Shown: positions 31,018 to 45,774 of the stretch, piece by piece
Numbering within the stretch: position 1 is the first letter of the stretch
Layout of the letters: each line of letters opens with the position of its first letter
Assembly: GCA_965644265.1 (NCBI GenBank)
Contig: OZ286475.1
Location: 70,122,001 to 70,186,000 of the forward strand
DNA: 64,000 bases
Reading direction: 5' to 3'
Source: Glycera tridactyla
Lineage: Eukaryota
The notes under the pieces: model-generated
Databases searched by the model: none
The model's input: the letters and a program-made list of their open reading frames with translations, nothing else
Told to the model about the DNA's origin: nothing
Position numbers and translations under genes: made by a program

Positions 31018-34000
31018 TATTCGAATTGGTAAGGCTCATCAAATGTGTCAAATGATGTGTGTAAAATCTATCATACAGCTCAAACGCTTGTACAGCAGCT
31101 ACCGATGTATTCAACCCCTGATTAATGGAGGGATGACTGTTAGAAAATTTACTTGATGACATTAAATCATGTATCATAATCACTGGTTTTGATGTGTTCA
31201 GAAATAGACCCGGTGAAGAGCTCCGTACCCGCCGACGACGCTTGGTGGTGTTGTCTAGCCGGCACAACACAATACCTCCTGGCGTTTTTATCGAGAACCA
31301 GGCTGGGTTTCACAGCCATCAGCCATTTCTTCTGACTAGACACTGCAGATATGGAGTAGCATTGATTCCCCAGTATTGCCTCTTGGTGACTCCTCATAAA
31401 GACACAGTATGGGCTCAAACTGGTCGTTGGTGGATGTTGAATCTGGCTATCTGGCCCTCTGCGCCTATTATTTGTGTGTGTCGTAGAATACAAACTAGCC
31501 CACCAGGGATACTGGTCGAGGGACAACAATTGATTCTAGTCTCTCCCTATTACTGGCTGGAAATGAATAGATGACAAGGAACCCCCTGCATCGAACATAC
31601 CCTTTTATTGATTACCTGAATGATCAACTGACTGATTGATTTACTGACTCATTGATTAGCAAGTTGATTTTATCAACTGAACAAGTAATTGTTATTTGCT
31701 TACCTGGCGGATTGATCAATCAAATGATCAATCGATTGGCTCATCGGTTGATATATTGATAGGTTATTTGGCTGATTGATTGATCAACTAACTGAATTGT
31801 TGTTCATCCGAAATAATCACAAAGACAGAGAGCTGCAACAGAAATGTGATTCATGTGCATGCCTATCTTAGCTCGTTAGAGATCCACTACCACCCTTTGG
31901 AGGGAGCACCAGATCAACGCCGGCATACTCATACAAGAACATAAAAGCAGATTTCTATTATGCATACATCGACCACAGGTTCACTGGAACGATAAATCTT
32001 TTGATTGATGGGTAAATTGTTATATTTTTCGGAGATATCTAATATCATCAAGGAGATCGGTGATCGGTGGATCTGCTGGTTGCTAGGAGACAGAGTAGTG
32101 TGGGTGGTATGATGTTGATGTTGTGAGGCTGATGGTGCAATAATCATGATGAGATGATGGTGGTGTGAATATAAAGTGATGTCATTTATGTGATGGTGAT
32201 GGGTCAATGATGATGATAATGATGATGGTGTGGATATGGAGTGATGTCACTAGAGTGATGGTGATGGGTAAAGAATTGGACAAAACCATTGTGGAAATTA
32301 CTGTTTCCATCTTTCTATCTCCCTGTACTCCTCCCACCCTTCTTGGCGACGACCAAACCACATTATCAATGGAGGCAGTACAGTTTATCAGGAGAAACTG
32401 GCAGTTATGACCGAAGACAGACATCATGAACTATGTTTATGCCTCCGCATGTTTGTGAGAGCCCATTTTCATCTCATAAATCAATGGAATTCTTCTTCTT
32501 TTTTGCTGGATATGTTCTATCCACTTACGGTTCAAAGGAGAGGGTGCATTCAACATTATGTGTGTGATATTGGTGATTTATTGGTGGTGTGAAGTCGAAT
32601 GTTTGATGATATGATAAGAGGATGATGGTTTGGATATAAATTGATTTCGATGATTTGATCGACGGTGATATGTTGTTGTTGTTGATGATNNNNNNNNNNN
32701 NNNNNNNNNNNNNNNNNNNNNNNNNNNNNNNNNNNNNNNNNNNNNNNNNNNNNNNNNNNNNNNNNNNNNNNNNNNNNNNNNNNNNNNNNNNNNNNNNNNN
32801 NNNNNNNNNNNNNNNNNNNNNNNNNNNNNNNNNNNNNNNNNNNNNNNNNNNNNNNNNNNNNNNNNNNNNNNNNNNNNNNNNNNNNNNNNNNNNNNNNNNN
32901 NNNNNNNNNNNNNNNNNNNNNNNNNNNNNNNNNNNNNNNNNNNNNNNNNNNNNNNNNNNNNNNNNNNNNNNNNNNNNNNNNNNNNNNNNNNNNNNNNNNN
33001 NNNNNNNNNNNNNNNNNNNNNNNNNNNNNNNNNNNNNNNNNNNNNNNNNNNNNNNNNNNNNNNNNNNNNNNNNNNGCTGATAATGATGATGGTGATGCTG
33101 CTGCTGCTGATGATGATGATGTTGCTGCTGCNNNNNNNNNNNNNNNNNNNNNNNNNNNNNNNNNNNNNNNNNNNNNNNNNNNNNNNNNNNNNNNNNNNNN
33201 NNNNNNNNNNNNNNNNNNNNNNNNNNNNNNNNNNNNNNNNNNNNNNNNNNNNNNNNNNNNNNNNNNNNNNNNNNNNNNNNNNNNNNNNNNNNNNNNNNNN
33301 NNNNNNNNNNNNNNNNNNNNNGAGGCTTCTGCTGCTGCTGCTGATGCGACAGGATGTGATGACGGTAATGATAATGGTGATGATACCATCGACAGGGATA
33401 ATCATCTCACCCTGGTGATTCAAGCTCGCATACAAAGTATGGCTAAGTTGATATATTCATGTTGTGTTCCTAATCTGTATTCCAACAGCGGATTCCTCAA
33501 ATTTGTTGTGATCGCGGTCAGGATAAGTTATGCTGTCATGGTTTCTTTGATCGTACCAAAGCATCTCTTCATCATTCTTTGTTGCGTCGTATCCTGGATG
33601 CCATCCTACCATCTGTACCTCCGCTGCCTGAATTTATAGGTTCGTCTTTGCCAGACTCATACAGCGGATCTCATATTAGGTGAGTTCTGCATCCAATAAC
33701 CACCTGTCCGAAGCAACCTCTTCAAATCCATCCAAATCTATCCAGCCAGCCTCTGAAACCACATCTGACTCCCATATTTTGTACGAATGGGAAATAAGCC
33801 ACGGTGTTTGATTGCAGGCTCTCGTTAATACGGAAGAAACGTGGAAGTTCGAATGACTCTGTATCAGGAACGAAAAGCCATATAATAGGATATCATGTCA
33901 TACATATATTCTGGGTCACGGTCAATCTCCACATACAGTCTTTGTGGCTCCAGATGGGAAATCACTTTCTTTTAATCCTGAAAAGAGTTGGTATACTAGA

Positions 34001-36299
34001 CACATCTCTGACTAGAACACAGGGCAGCGGTTTAGTGCATTGATAGTCACAAACGTCTCAAGGATTATCACCACATTGACCCACTACATTCACTTTCATA
34101 TTTGGATTTACTGCACAACACGCACCATTGAGTACAAGCATGATGTTAGCAGAATATATTATATGATGGTCTCACGTCGCTTATCCAGTGAAATGGCCTT
34201 TTCAGTCCTATTCAGTGACAGGCTAGATCAGGCTGGCCGCACATGCTAAATGAGGGAGTAGTAAGACATGTGAAGACGTATCACTTGAGACCCCACATTC
34301 TCACGCCCCTCTACTTGATTGCTCCAGACGCTCATGAACTTATATCGACACATCTCCAATCGAGGAAACAATACTGGACAGCTGCAGTGAAAGGGAATGA
34401 GCATGAATATGATCATGAATTAGACACCCATCATCATCTTGACATACAGACAAACAATCAAATAATTGAACCTGCTCTTCGGAAGTCACCTGCCCATACA
34501 GACTACTTGTTGATGCAATCGAGGGTGGTGTTCATAGGGGTTTGAGCGAGGGAGGGGGGCATAAGGCATTGATCATATGGCATTGGTGATGAAGGATGGC
34601 CATAAAGGTTGGAGTACATCGACACCGCCAACTTGAATTCGAAGATTGATGAAGATTCGACAGTGTCGGTACATGCATGGAGGCTATTGAAAAAAGCTTC
34701 ATAAATGTTCATCAGATGTCGATGAAACATAAGTCTCATTCCCATCTCATCCACGAATATGACAATACACATATAGATTGGCTCAATTTACAAATGGCTA
34801 AACACCCTGCCCCTCATCATCTTTAGAATGGAGTGTATGGTATTTCCATTGAATTTAGTGGAGAATACATCGGCATGAATATCACCTGGTGAAGATGGAG
34901 TGTTCCAGACATGTCCAAGTTGTGCTATGAAATGCACATATTGTTGTTGATAAGTAAAGATTGTGCGTGGCGCAAACGCGAAGCAGGTACGGTCAGAAAT
35001 TTTACCTTTGTCAGGCACTAGTATACTTTCACAGATATTTTGAGGCTCAGATGACCTAGCATCTCATCATATATTACATACGCAGATATATCAAAAGCAG
35101 CGAGAGACGCCATTCAGGTACCCCTCTTTCAGCTACCTAGTGGGGTTTAGAAGATGGAGGAATATAATAGAAAATGGTGAAGTATAGACAGAATTGAAGT
35201 TGAAAAAGCTTAGATTGATGTGACACACTCCATCACAGAGTTCATGCTTGACAAATGAGGGTGCTCTGTGAGCATGTGACCCTCTCTCTTGCAAGCTTGC
35301 CCTAATGGTGCCTGCTGACTCGCGAGTCACATAGGTCATCAGCAGCTGCCACATGATCTACGGTCAACTCTCTATATACACCTCGCCATATATTGAGAGG
35401 TCTCCAAATGTGATGAGCCATAACAGAGGAATTGCTTTCCTCTTGCTGACGGTTCAGTAGGCTCAGGGAGCGGTTGTCCTTTCATTCTTTCATCGTTTAT
35501 TCATCTCTTGGTTATCTAGTCCATAATCAATCTATCCATCTAAGCCAGTCCATCTTCTGTTTGTCCATCTGTTTGTCTATCTCTCAGCCTATTTATCTCA
35601 GGTACAATACCGGTTATATTCAGTTCATCAATGTCTTATAAGTAGCACCAACATAGAAAGAGTACACTTGTATATATTTGTCTTGCACAACGGTAGACAA
35701 AAGTCAGCATCAAGTATCACAGCGAGTAAGCGCTTTCATATTCAAGACAATCCTGAGACGATGTCTAGAATAATTAAATTCTTTATTCTCTCACCCCGTT
35801 TTCCATACTGCAGCATGAGTTCTGGCTTCTGGCATGATCAGCATCCGTCTCATTTTCACTGGATTGTCATGTTGCTGGAATATTGAGGCTTTCTCAAGGC
35901 ACGGTCAAAATGTAACTGTGATCCTCAATGTGCTTGCTTGACCATCTCTCTCTCTGTCTCTCTCCCTCTCCCTCTTTCTCTCTCTCTCATTCTACTCATC
36001 TGCCTGTCTGTCAGTCTGTATGTATGTTTGTCTGTCTGTCTGTTTGTCTGTCTGTCTTTCAGACTTTCGGGTTATCTATTGTCTGTCCACCTCATTATGT
36101 ACTTAATCATTCGTTTGAGCTACTCACAATTAATTCCCATACATGTGAGATCTAGTGTGCATCCACTGGGCCTGTGTGATCGTGCGCACACAGACACAAA
36201 AACATTTACACATAGACAAAGATAGACACAAAGAGAAACAAACTCACAGACATGCGTACCTACTCAAACACACACAAACACACACACACACATACACAC

Positions 36300-36336
<37 letters not shown>

Positions 36337-36340
<4 letters not shown>

Positions 36341-36478
36341 TAATAACATCAGCATATAACTATTGACAGAACACACGAACACACAGACAAATACATAATA
36401 ACATCAGCATATAACTATTGACAAAACACACGAACACACAGACTAATACATAATAACATCAGCGTATAACTATTGACG

Positions 36479-36551
<73 letters not shown>

Positions 36552-36590
36552 CACACAAATACATAATAACATCAGCATATAACTATTGAC
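36337..36590. repeat. Compound minisatellite: four 31-bp cores interleaved with (CA)n
   Basis: tacataataacatcagcRtataactattgac at 36337, 36392, 36447 and 36560. Confidence 0.9.
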
Positions 36591-39500
36591 AAAACTGACA
36601 TTGGAATTCAAAAGATGATCACAATCTCACTCCACAAACACTCAATGAAATACCTTTGACGATGCTCTTGAAGTGTCTGAAGTAGGTCTTGAAGGTCACC
36701 ATCGTTTGTTTAAAGAGGAATAAAACAGGATTGATAGCTGTCGTACCTCCTTGTACCGGGATATTGGCCTGTCATGAGTCTAGTAATTGCTGGGGTTATT
36801 GAATGCAATGTGGCTGAGATATGGACACCCATCAAAAGAGAAGAGGCAATTGTTGCGAGCAACATTCTTGATACACAATGCAGCGCTGGTTTGAATGGGG
36901 AAGAGTGAGTGATTCCAAGTGGACAGTATCGTTCACAATGGTGAGAAGGGCCCCTTCGGAGGGCTGACAAGAATGATCGCAGTTTCCTATTCAAGACTGG
37001 ACCTGCGTCATTACCCTGATCTGAATGATCTACACCTCTCAGTGAGGCGGGATCTCTGTGTGACAGTCACTGAGTGGAACCTCTTAACTCCATCACTCTA
37101 CTTTACTCATGTGTGAATGCTACTATTGGCAGTGATGTTGATTGTAGAGTGCTCAGCTCATGCACACAATTCTGCATTCACAGGGAGAAGAGAAATGCAC
37201 AAGCTTCAACAGGCCTGCCAAGGCATGTAATTGTGCTGACAGAGGAATTCGCTGGGCTTACAAGATTGCCACCCATTACAGTGTCATTCAGAAAATGATA
37301 TAGTATTATAGGTCGCCACAATGATAGATATTCAAGGATTGAGAGACACAAAAGGTCACATTTCTCCATGGATTAGATGGATGTTATGTTGTGATACATA
37401 TACATATACTGTATATGTTCCTGGTAATGGTGTTGTCCATATAACGAGAATCCATTATCGGGTGGTAGGGCTTAGTTGGCGAGACAATAGAATGACAAAG
37501 CTTAGGGTGGCGCCATGTGCCGCAAGGATGAGAAGATTATGATCCCACAGAATACGATATACTTATGTATATGAGCATGGTTACTGCCACAGGCCTTTTC
37601 AAATTGATCTATCGTAGGAATAGGAAGTGTTGCCAGCTACATTCTCGATACACAATGCAGCGCTTATATAAAGAGGGGGAGAGAGAGTGATTTCAAGTGG
37701 ATGGCATCGTTCACAAGGGTGAATGGGGCTACTTCAGGAGGGTGAGGAAAATGACCACGGTTCGCTTTTCAAGACCGGACCTGTGCCATTACACTGATCT
37801 GAATGATCTGCACCTCTCAAAGAAGATGGATCCCTGTGTGGCAGTCACTGAGTGAAACCTTCTTGCTTCATCACTTCACTTCACCGATGTGTGTACAGAT
37901 AGTTGGCTAAGTCCAGTGATGCTCAGTTCAGATTGCTCAACCAATGCAATTGATTCATCGTTCAAGGTCTAATACTCCCCAGGGGGATGAAAAAACTTGG
38001 ACGGACAGGCCTGCCAAGAAATGTGAATGTAAAGTTTGGTAGACTTGCTAAAGATATGAGAATGTGTGCCATCATACTTAAATGTCATTCCAATATTATG
38101 TGGTATTGGTGGTCACCACAAGGAAAGTTATTCAGAGAAATGAGAAATACCAGGCTATATTTTTCTATGGATCTCTTACATTGTGATACTTATGCACATA
38201 CCGATATGTTCTTGATCCTCATGATGTCCATATAAGGAGAATATTTTATCGTATTGTAGGGCTCAAAGGATAACACAAGTTGGCGAGACAATAGGATAAC
38301 AAAACTGAGGGCCGATCCCACGTGTCGCCAACTAGATGAGAAGCTCATTTACCAACAGAATACAATATATCTATGTATATAATCATGGTCATTGTCACAA
38401 GGCATTTTGAATTGATCTATTGTAGAGATAGGTGAGACAGTTTGGGCTGACTCGGATTTGACCATCACTTGTTTTTCCATTGCAAGATCAGGGATATAGG
38501 CAATATAAACATCATTGAATGGAATTTCACCCACTTCGGAGAGATTTGTTTGAACGATTCAATATGTTTTGTCTAGTCTACTAGCAGACATTGTCACGTG
38601 ACCATGGCTGTTAGTAGAATGGTCGAAACTCCATGAATCGTCTGAACAAGTCACTCCAAAGTAGGTTAAATTCCGTTCATCGTGAATAATCTGAGAATCA
38701 AGAACAGTCTCTCAGCAACTTCAGCGTTGTCACTTTCTGGTGCCTTCTGAAATGCATTGGATTTTGAATACAGTATGAGGGACCCTGCTTCTGGCAATTA
38801 ACGAGATGTGTATGAAGGAAATGGGACATACTCTCGAGTTTCTGACTCCTGGTTCACACTAGGATGAAAGTAGCTGAATTATATCCTTTATGGATGTCTT
38901 TTTAGAAAAGCTAACCCCTTCTCTGATGATCGACTCATGAATACACAGATAACCAGTAAAAGCACACAGTGCATTGCAAAGTGATGGCATCGAAAATGCC
39001 TGTATCTCAGCAAAGTGATAAAACCATGTTTCTCTCATGACCTGAGCCAATATGATGGAATCCCTGCTCCTTCTTGTGACATCACATCACTTCATCGCAT
39101 CACTCCTGCGGAACTGAAATAAACGTTGCTATGGCAAAGTTATCCTGTATACATGCTTCCCGTGCAGTTGTCAAGAAGATTGTCAGCATCGGCAGTAGAA
39201 ACACACGATCCTGGGTTTGCCTATGCATGCCCACACACACACTACACACACACACACACACATGCACGCTTGCAGTTTGGATCATCTTTTTTTCTCGGCA
39301 TGGCCGAGGCTGCAGCATTCCATTTCCAATAATCATTCACACACAGTTGTTAGAGAAAAGCATAAGTTCTGGCTCAGTGTGATCAGCTTGTTTTTCCCCA
39401 CTGGTGTCGCATTTAGTTAGGAAACACCGACCTTTCAAGAGGCTTTTGTAGCGTGGACAAGACAGACATTATCAACGATCCCAACGCAACAGTATCATTG

Positions 39501-42212
39501 ATTTTTGTGTATCATAATATCACCTTCAACAGGCGTTCCCTGGCAACAGATACATGCGTTGCTAAGCTCGAACCATGTCACTGGGGGCACAAGTTCATCT
39601 TCAGGAAAGCAAGCAACTCGATTCGTGGTGAATGAGTGAAAGTAATTGAAAAAAATTGAAAGGCTCTAAATGGAATGGAATGAGTCCATTACCCAACCTA
39701 GTTACCAAATATGGTCACTAAATGAAATATCAGTTGAGACTGAATAGGAAGTCGGCACCACCACCTTTGATTTCGTAGTCAGTACAAAGCAACTGTTCAG
39801 CTTTGTCGTCTTCACATAATCTGTTGTTGCATAGTTGTGTGATCTTCACATAATCTGTTGTGGCATAGTTTTGCAGTCTTCACATGATCTGTTGAGAGGT
39901 CCGGCTAACAGGGTGGTCTCATCCATCGAAAATATAGAGTGGCATTCTGTCGAATTATGGTCGAGAAATACAATTAAGTTTTGATTTGTTGGCGTGTTTA
40001 CCACGTTGTGAGATGATATTACATGGTTAATATATGAGTGGACACTGTCAGCTGCCAGCCTGCATGTCTCTCTCTTTTTCCCCCTACTTATATTATATTT
40101 CTACACAACACAACTCATGCTAGGTTGACTGCCTGGTTCTTTGTTTTTTTGACATCTCAAGCACCATTTGGGCTATGCCTGAACGCCTATGTGAGAGCAT
40201 TAGTTGGATTGCTGTTAAAATATGGTCCATTTTTTGTCATCCACACTGCAGTCCAAAACGAGAGGATAGATGTGACTATTGTGTGAGACCTATGCCACAC
40301 ATTAACTAGACGTTTTAGATGTCAAGATCTCTCCTTGAATGTCTAATCATAACGAGTCAAAACGTTTGTGATCAATAATATAACCGATTTATCAAGTTCC
40401 ATATATTGTCACAGTACATCATGCTTTTTTTCAAAATGCTACCTTTTGCATAAACCATGACTGGATATTGAAGATCATCAAGCAAAGACATCAATACCTT
40501 GCTGTCATAGGGTATCTTTATTTACCATGATTTTCTTGGCAACAAAATGACCCCCCAGAGAGAACAGAAGTACCACTCTCCTGATCAGACGAATCTACCT
40601 GTGCGCTCATGTGGACTGAGGTACAAAACGCAAACTAAAATCTGACAGCTCCGAATAGGGAACAGAACAAGATGGAACTCACAGACAGGCATTATTGACA
40701 TCTACAGGGAGTAAAAATGTGATCATGATGAAATGTATCTATCCATGTAACACCGGTGGATCCAATATGTCAATTTCAGTATTAATTGGGTGCTTGGTTG
40801 GTTTTGAATTAACGTCATATCACCGCCATATGTGCTCTATTACAATGGGTATTCATGGAATAATTTCAACACTTCTTCTCCTAGGTCCTCAGTGCAATAT
40901 CATGATGATCGTGAACACTCAAGATGGCGTCTTTGCTTCATAGTAATCAATGGATCGAATCACAGGGCCGCCACTTGGCTGGCTTTACTCATTCGGTGGG
41001 TGCAGACTTCATCAGAGAGTTTCATTCGATAATGCCGACAGATTCGTCCCATATGTGATTGAAGAGATACCTAATTCAATTTGGTATTGGGAATATGCAT
41101 TTGGCAAAATTCGAAAAATCTACAATGCCAATTGAACGCTTCGAGAAAAATCAGAATCAATATTGACACCAAATGATACAATCCTGCCTGAATACAGACA
41201 GGGCTGTTGCATGAGGTATCAATCATACATTTCATGTACAGTAAATACGTCTATCAAATAAACTTCGCAGATAACGAAGTGTATGCATTTTTGGCAATGT
41301 GGATAGCAAGAGGCTGAGCCAGTTGTTGGGGTAGAGCAGGATCTCACCCTGCTATTGATTGTGGTCAGTTTCATGCTATCATTGCAACACTGTCACATCC
41401 TATGTGCACAATGAACCATGTCAACGTTGGAGAAAAGATATCCATCTTTCTATTGAGCTCAGCTGATATATGGATATAGCAATATTGCATTGATTATATC
41501 TCCACCATTAATCATGCCAGATCCGTCCAGTGTGATTTCTATATCACTCAGACACTTCCTGGCAGCTGGGACTGAGCCATATTTGGCCTGAATACACAAT
41601 TTGCCAGCAGCTCCATGTATTTTTTTTCCTTTTTTTTCTTTTCTTTTCCTCCTTCTTCTTCTTCTTCTTCTTCTTCTTCTTCTTCTACTACTTCTACTTC
41701 TTCCTCTTGTTCTTCGCTCACCACCACCAGAATATTCCTATTGCTGAAAATGTACATAACAATAATGCTGATTCGCTCACTCTGCACCATATGATTTACC
41801 ATATCACATGTTTTCAATCTGTATTAACAATCAGCACTGAAATAGACACATTGCTTCACTGTTCTGTTGTTTCACTTCTGCTATACTACTACTGCTATAT
41901 CACTATTGCTACTACTACTGCTATTACTGCTACTATTACTACTTCTTTCATTATTATCATTATTTTTATTATTCTCATTATTATTGTCTTCATCATTACT
42001 AGTACTGCTATCACTACTACTCTCACCAACACCACTTCTACCATTGATTTCACTAACACTACTACTGATACTGCTGCTAAAACTACTTCTATGACGACGA
42101 TGGCGATGACGATGATGATTTCGATTGCACTACAAACTCTGCTTCAACTATTCCCAACACTACTACCGCTAACACTGCCCACTACCACCACCACCACTAC
42201 TACTACTACTTA

Positions 42213-42253
<41 letters not shown>

Positions 42254-42254
<1 letters not shown>

Positions 42255-44105
42255 ATGGCCGGTGTCCGTCAAGGAGACTCACTTAGCCCGCTACTATTTG
42301 CCATCTTTATTGATGATTTAGTCCCTTCAATCGATGAATGTAAGGCGGGGATATACTGATATACTGTGGTGGTAAACAGGTGTCACTATTACTATGCGAA
42401 GATGACATTGTGCTCTTGTCTGATTCCGCTGAACACGCACAGAAACAACTAGATGTATTATCAGCATAGTGTGTGAAATGGAAGATGAATATAAATGTGA
42501 AGAAATCGCAAGTAATACATGTCAGAAATCATCAGAGAGCATGATGTGAAACTGAACTATTTTGTTGTAATCAGCCACTGCTTTATGTCGCGGAGTACAA
42601 ATATCTTGGGATATTGATACATGAATTCATGTCATTTCAAACCACTGTGGAAACCCTAACTGCGGGCACTTCTAGATCTTTTGGCCGAATTGTGGCAATG
42701 TTTAAATCTATGAAAAAAATGGGCTATCAAACATATAGCACCCTTGATGAAACATATGTCATTTCGATTCTAAATTACGCCGCAGGAGTTTGGGGCTTCA
42801 AGGATTATAATGAACCTAGGGTGCTACAAAACAGGATAATCTGTTTCTGTCTGGGAGTACACAAATTCATGCCGGTTGCGTCCTCCCAGATAGAAATGGA
42901 TGGCTTGAGATTAAATCCAAACGTTGGATTGAAATGGCAAGATTTTTCAACAGACTTCGTAAAATGAGCGAGGACAGACTACCACGTATTATAGTCAAAT
43001 GGGAGTGTTCTCTTGGTCTCAATGGTTGGTCGTTTGAGCTCATCAGGGTGTTGAGTTATGCGAATTTATCACCTATCCTAGACCTAGAAGAACCAATAGA
43101 CCTAGATGTATTGGAGGCTAGTCTAACAGAGCTAAACTAAGATAGATTGTGGGTGGGAGTTGCTGAAAAATCCAAGCTAAGCACATTTTTGAAAATTCAC
43201 GACCGTACAACAGAAAAGGTAATAGTGTGCTCAAATCTGAATAGAGTAGACAGAAGTAATGTCATTAAACTCGAATCTGGCATACTCCCACTAGCAATAG
43301 AGACGGGAAGGTTCAAGGCTGTGCCCCTAGAACAACGAATATGCCCTTGCTGTAACTCGGGAGAGGTAGAAGATGAGTCGCACTTTCTTCCGAAATGAAA
43401 TGCCCTGGAACAGGAGAGAAAGCAACTTGTTGATATTTAAAAAGAAAGTGGGATTTCGAAATGGAATGACTTAGGTGACGTAAAAATAGCCCTCTCGAAG
43501 AAGTACATTGTGGATTTTGCAAGAGGTATAACTGCACTGCTTGAGGCTAGGACGCAGTGTGTGTTTCTTGAAACGAATTAGTTCGAAGCTTTAAGTGATG
43601 GATAGATCATACTTCTATGTATACAACAAAAATTAATTATATGCTCGTAATATTCAAATTAATTCAAGTCATTTATTTACCTATTTATGTTTAATCTACT
43701 CAACCGATGTAATGTCTTTGACTTATTCGAAGAACCTGTAACAACTAGCAAGTAACGTGTCAATATTGTAAATATGTTCATAAGTTATTCTTCAAATTGA
43801 ATCGACCATCGCTTTTATCATGTGAAATATTGGATTCATGCCGTTTCCCTAGAACTGATGTTTTGATAGTATATATATTCATGGAATAACCCAGTCATAA
43901 CTATGAGTCATTTCTATTATTACTGATGTGAATGTTAGAGCGAGAATATAACTGTTTTGTTTTTTAAATGTTACTAATAGCCCGTTTGCAGGGGGGGGAG
44001 GGGGGCAGACTATATATATTGATTTGTCATTTGTCGTATTGTAGTTTGTAAATGTCTTCGGTCACAGAAATAAATTTACTTATTACTCATTACTTATTAT
44101 TTATT
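42254..44105 (+). mobile_element. 5'-truncated, decayed APE-RT LINE (family alpha), copy B
   Basis: Starts right after (TAC)n at GVRQGDSL; RT and C-terminal motifs in ORFs 42614, 42934, 43147; AATAAA plus (TTACTYA)n tail. Confidence 0.9.
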
Positions 44106-44124
44106 ACTACTACCACTACTGCTG

Positions 44125-44159
<35 letters not shown>

Positions 44160-45629
44160 GATATTGATGTAGTAGTTGATCTTTTCTCAAAGTTTTCCTG
44201 TCCATTTGATGTTGAACTAGGGGGAGTGAAGAATAATTCGAGTTGAGCTGTGACCAATAGCCTCTATGTAGGGGCGGGGAAGTCCGACGAAACAGAAAGT
44301 ATATTTGTCGATGGTATATCCTTGAAACTGATGATGCTGTATACATATATATATATATATACATGTATATATATGTATTTTTGTTCCGTTATATCCTTTG
44401 TCACAAAAATGTAGCTACTCATTACTTATCACTTACTACTACTACTACTACTACTGCTACTACTACTACTACTACTTCTACTGATAAAATTACTGTTACT
44501 TCTATCACCTCTACTACAAACACTGTTTCTACTATCGCTTTTACTTAGGGTACTACTAACTTCTATTCATGTTACTGCTAGGACTACTTATACAACAATA
44601 GAGACTATGACGACGATGACGATTACGAAGGCGATGACGGTGAGGATAACGATGATGGCGACAATGACGTTTTGACGCTTATCCTTTTGTCATTGGATAC
44701 CCACCATTAGCTGTCTCTTTTGTCATTGGATACCCACCATTAGCTGTTTCCAATTATATGGAATGGACAGCTATATCACCATCCAATATACAAGGTATGG
44801 TGATCTGGTGAAGACGGAGTGGCTGCTTGAAAGCTTACACGCTTGTGAACCTGCGCTACCATCATTACCAAGATATTTAGTGCCCACTCGTGAGAGCCAA
44901 AGTCATCAGTACCCAGATAAAGCCACTCAGCTACACATCGCCATGAATATGGCTTTCCTTCTTCATGGTGGTGGCAACTTCAGAAAGCTTATTAGCTGGC
45001 CAACATGGCTGCCTGATTTTGGAGGGGTTTGTGATGAGCTCATNNNNNNNNNNNNNNNNNNNNNNNNNNNNNNNNNNNNNNNNNNNNNNNNNNNNNNNNN
45101 NNNNNNNNNNNNNNNNNNNNNNNNNNNNNNNNNNNNNNNNNNNNNNNNNNNNNNNNNNNNNNNNNNNNNNNNNNNNNNNNNNNNNNNNNNNNNNNNNNNN
45201 NNNNNNNNNNNNNNNNNNNNNNNNNNNNNNNNNNNNNNNNNNNNNNNNNNNNNNNNNNNNNNNNNNNNNNNNNNNNNNNNNNNNNNNNNNNNNNNNNNNN
45301 NNNNNNNNNNNNNNNNNNNNNNNNNNNNNNNNNNNNNTGTGAAGCTTTTGGACATGGTGGTTTCTGTACTTCATGAGAGAATCTTGCAGCATTCATAATT
45401 ATTACAATGGCTTAGTAATCGAATGATTGATTGAGTGATTGCATAATGTTCAACGTCTCTTCAATTCAGGCAGGATCACATGGAAAAAACGAATATAATG
45501 GTTGCCTAGACACTTTTTGAATAGCAGATAATATATTGTTCAATTCACCCCATGGGTAACATTTCAGAACACCATTGGCTGAACAGAGTAATACTGCTGT
45601 CCTTGAGCATCTCCATCTCTTTGCAAGTA

Positions 45630-45774
45630 CAGTCACACCTGCTCTAAAGACAACCTCTCTATAAAGCGCGACTGTGGTAGTATTTCCAACAGTGAATGAC
45701 TTCTCTCTGAAGACTACCTGCCTATAAAGACCACTGATGCAACCGAAGGCAGTCTTTATAGACAGGTTTGACTG
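45630..45774. mobile_element. Tc1/mariner-type MITE (paralog of 5103-5247)
   Basis: Same TIRs and TA TSD. Confidence 0.75.

Larger units (their letters stand above)
29939..34330. repeat. Duplicated block, copy A right part (matches ~48150-52330)
   Basis: aaattgattccaaa.ggtagggaaaagtgacg resumes colinearity; shared ORFs 30737/49186, 31167/49617, 31929/50328. Confidence 0.93.

Noticed and set aside
34503-35018. Possible DIRS/Ngaro tyrosine recombinase N-terminus (AFAPRTIFTY)
   Set aside because: Only a fleeting resemblance; no R-H-R-H-Y catalytic motifs or RT/RNaseH nearby.
36337-36590. CRISPR-like 31-bp repeats with spacers
   Set aside because: Spacers are near-identical or (CA)n, the context is eukaryotic and there are no cas genes; it is a minisatellite.
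37178-37369. Penelope-like RT motif (FLNDTVMGGNLVSPAN)
   Set aside because: The motif is not preserved in the paralogous segments and no properly spaced YVDD or GIY-YIG follows.
41707-42321. Thr-rich mucin-like ORF
   Set aside because: Translation of TAC/ACT low-complexity sequence; other frames give poly-Y or poly-L.
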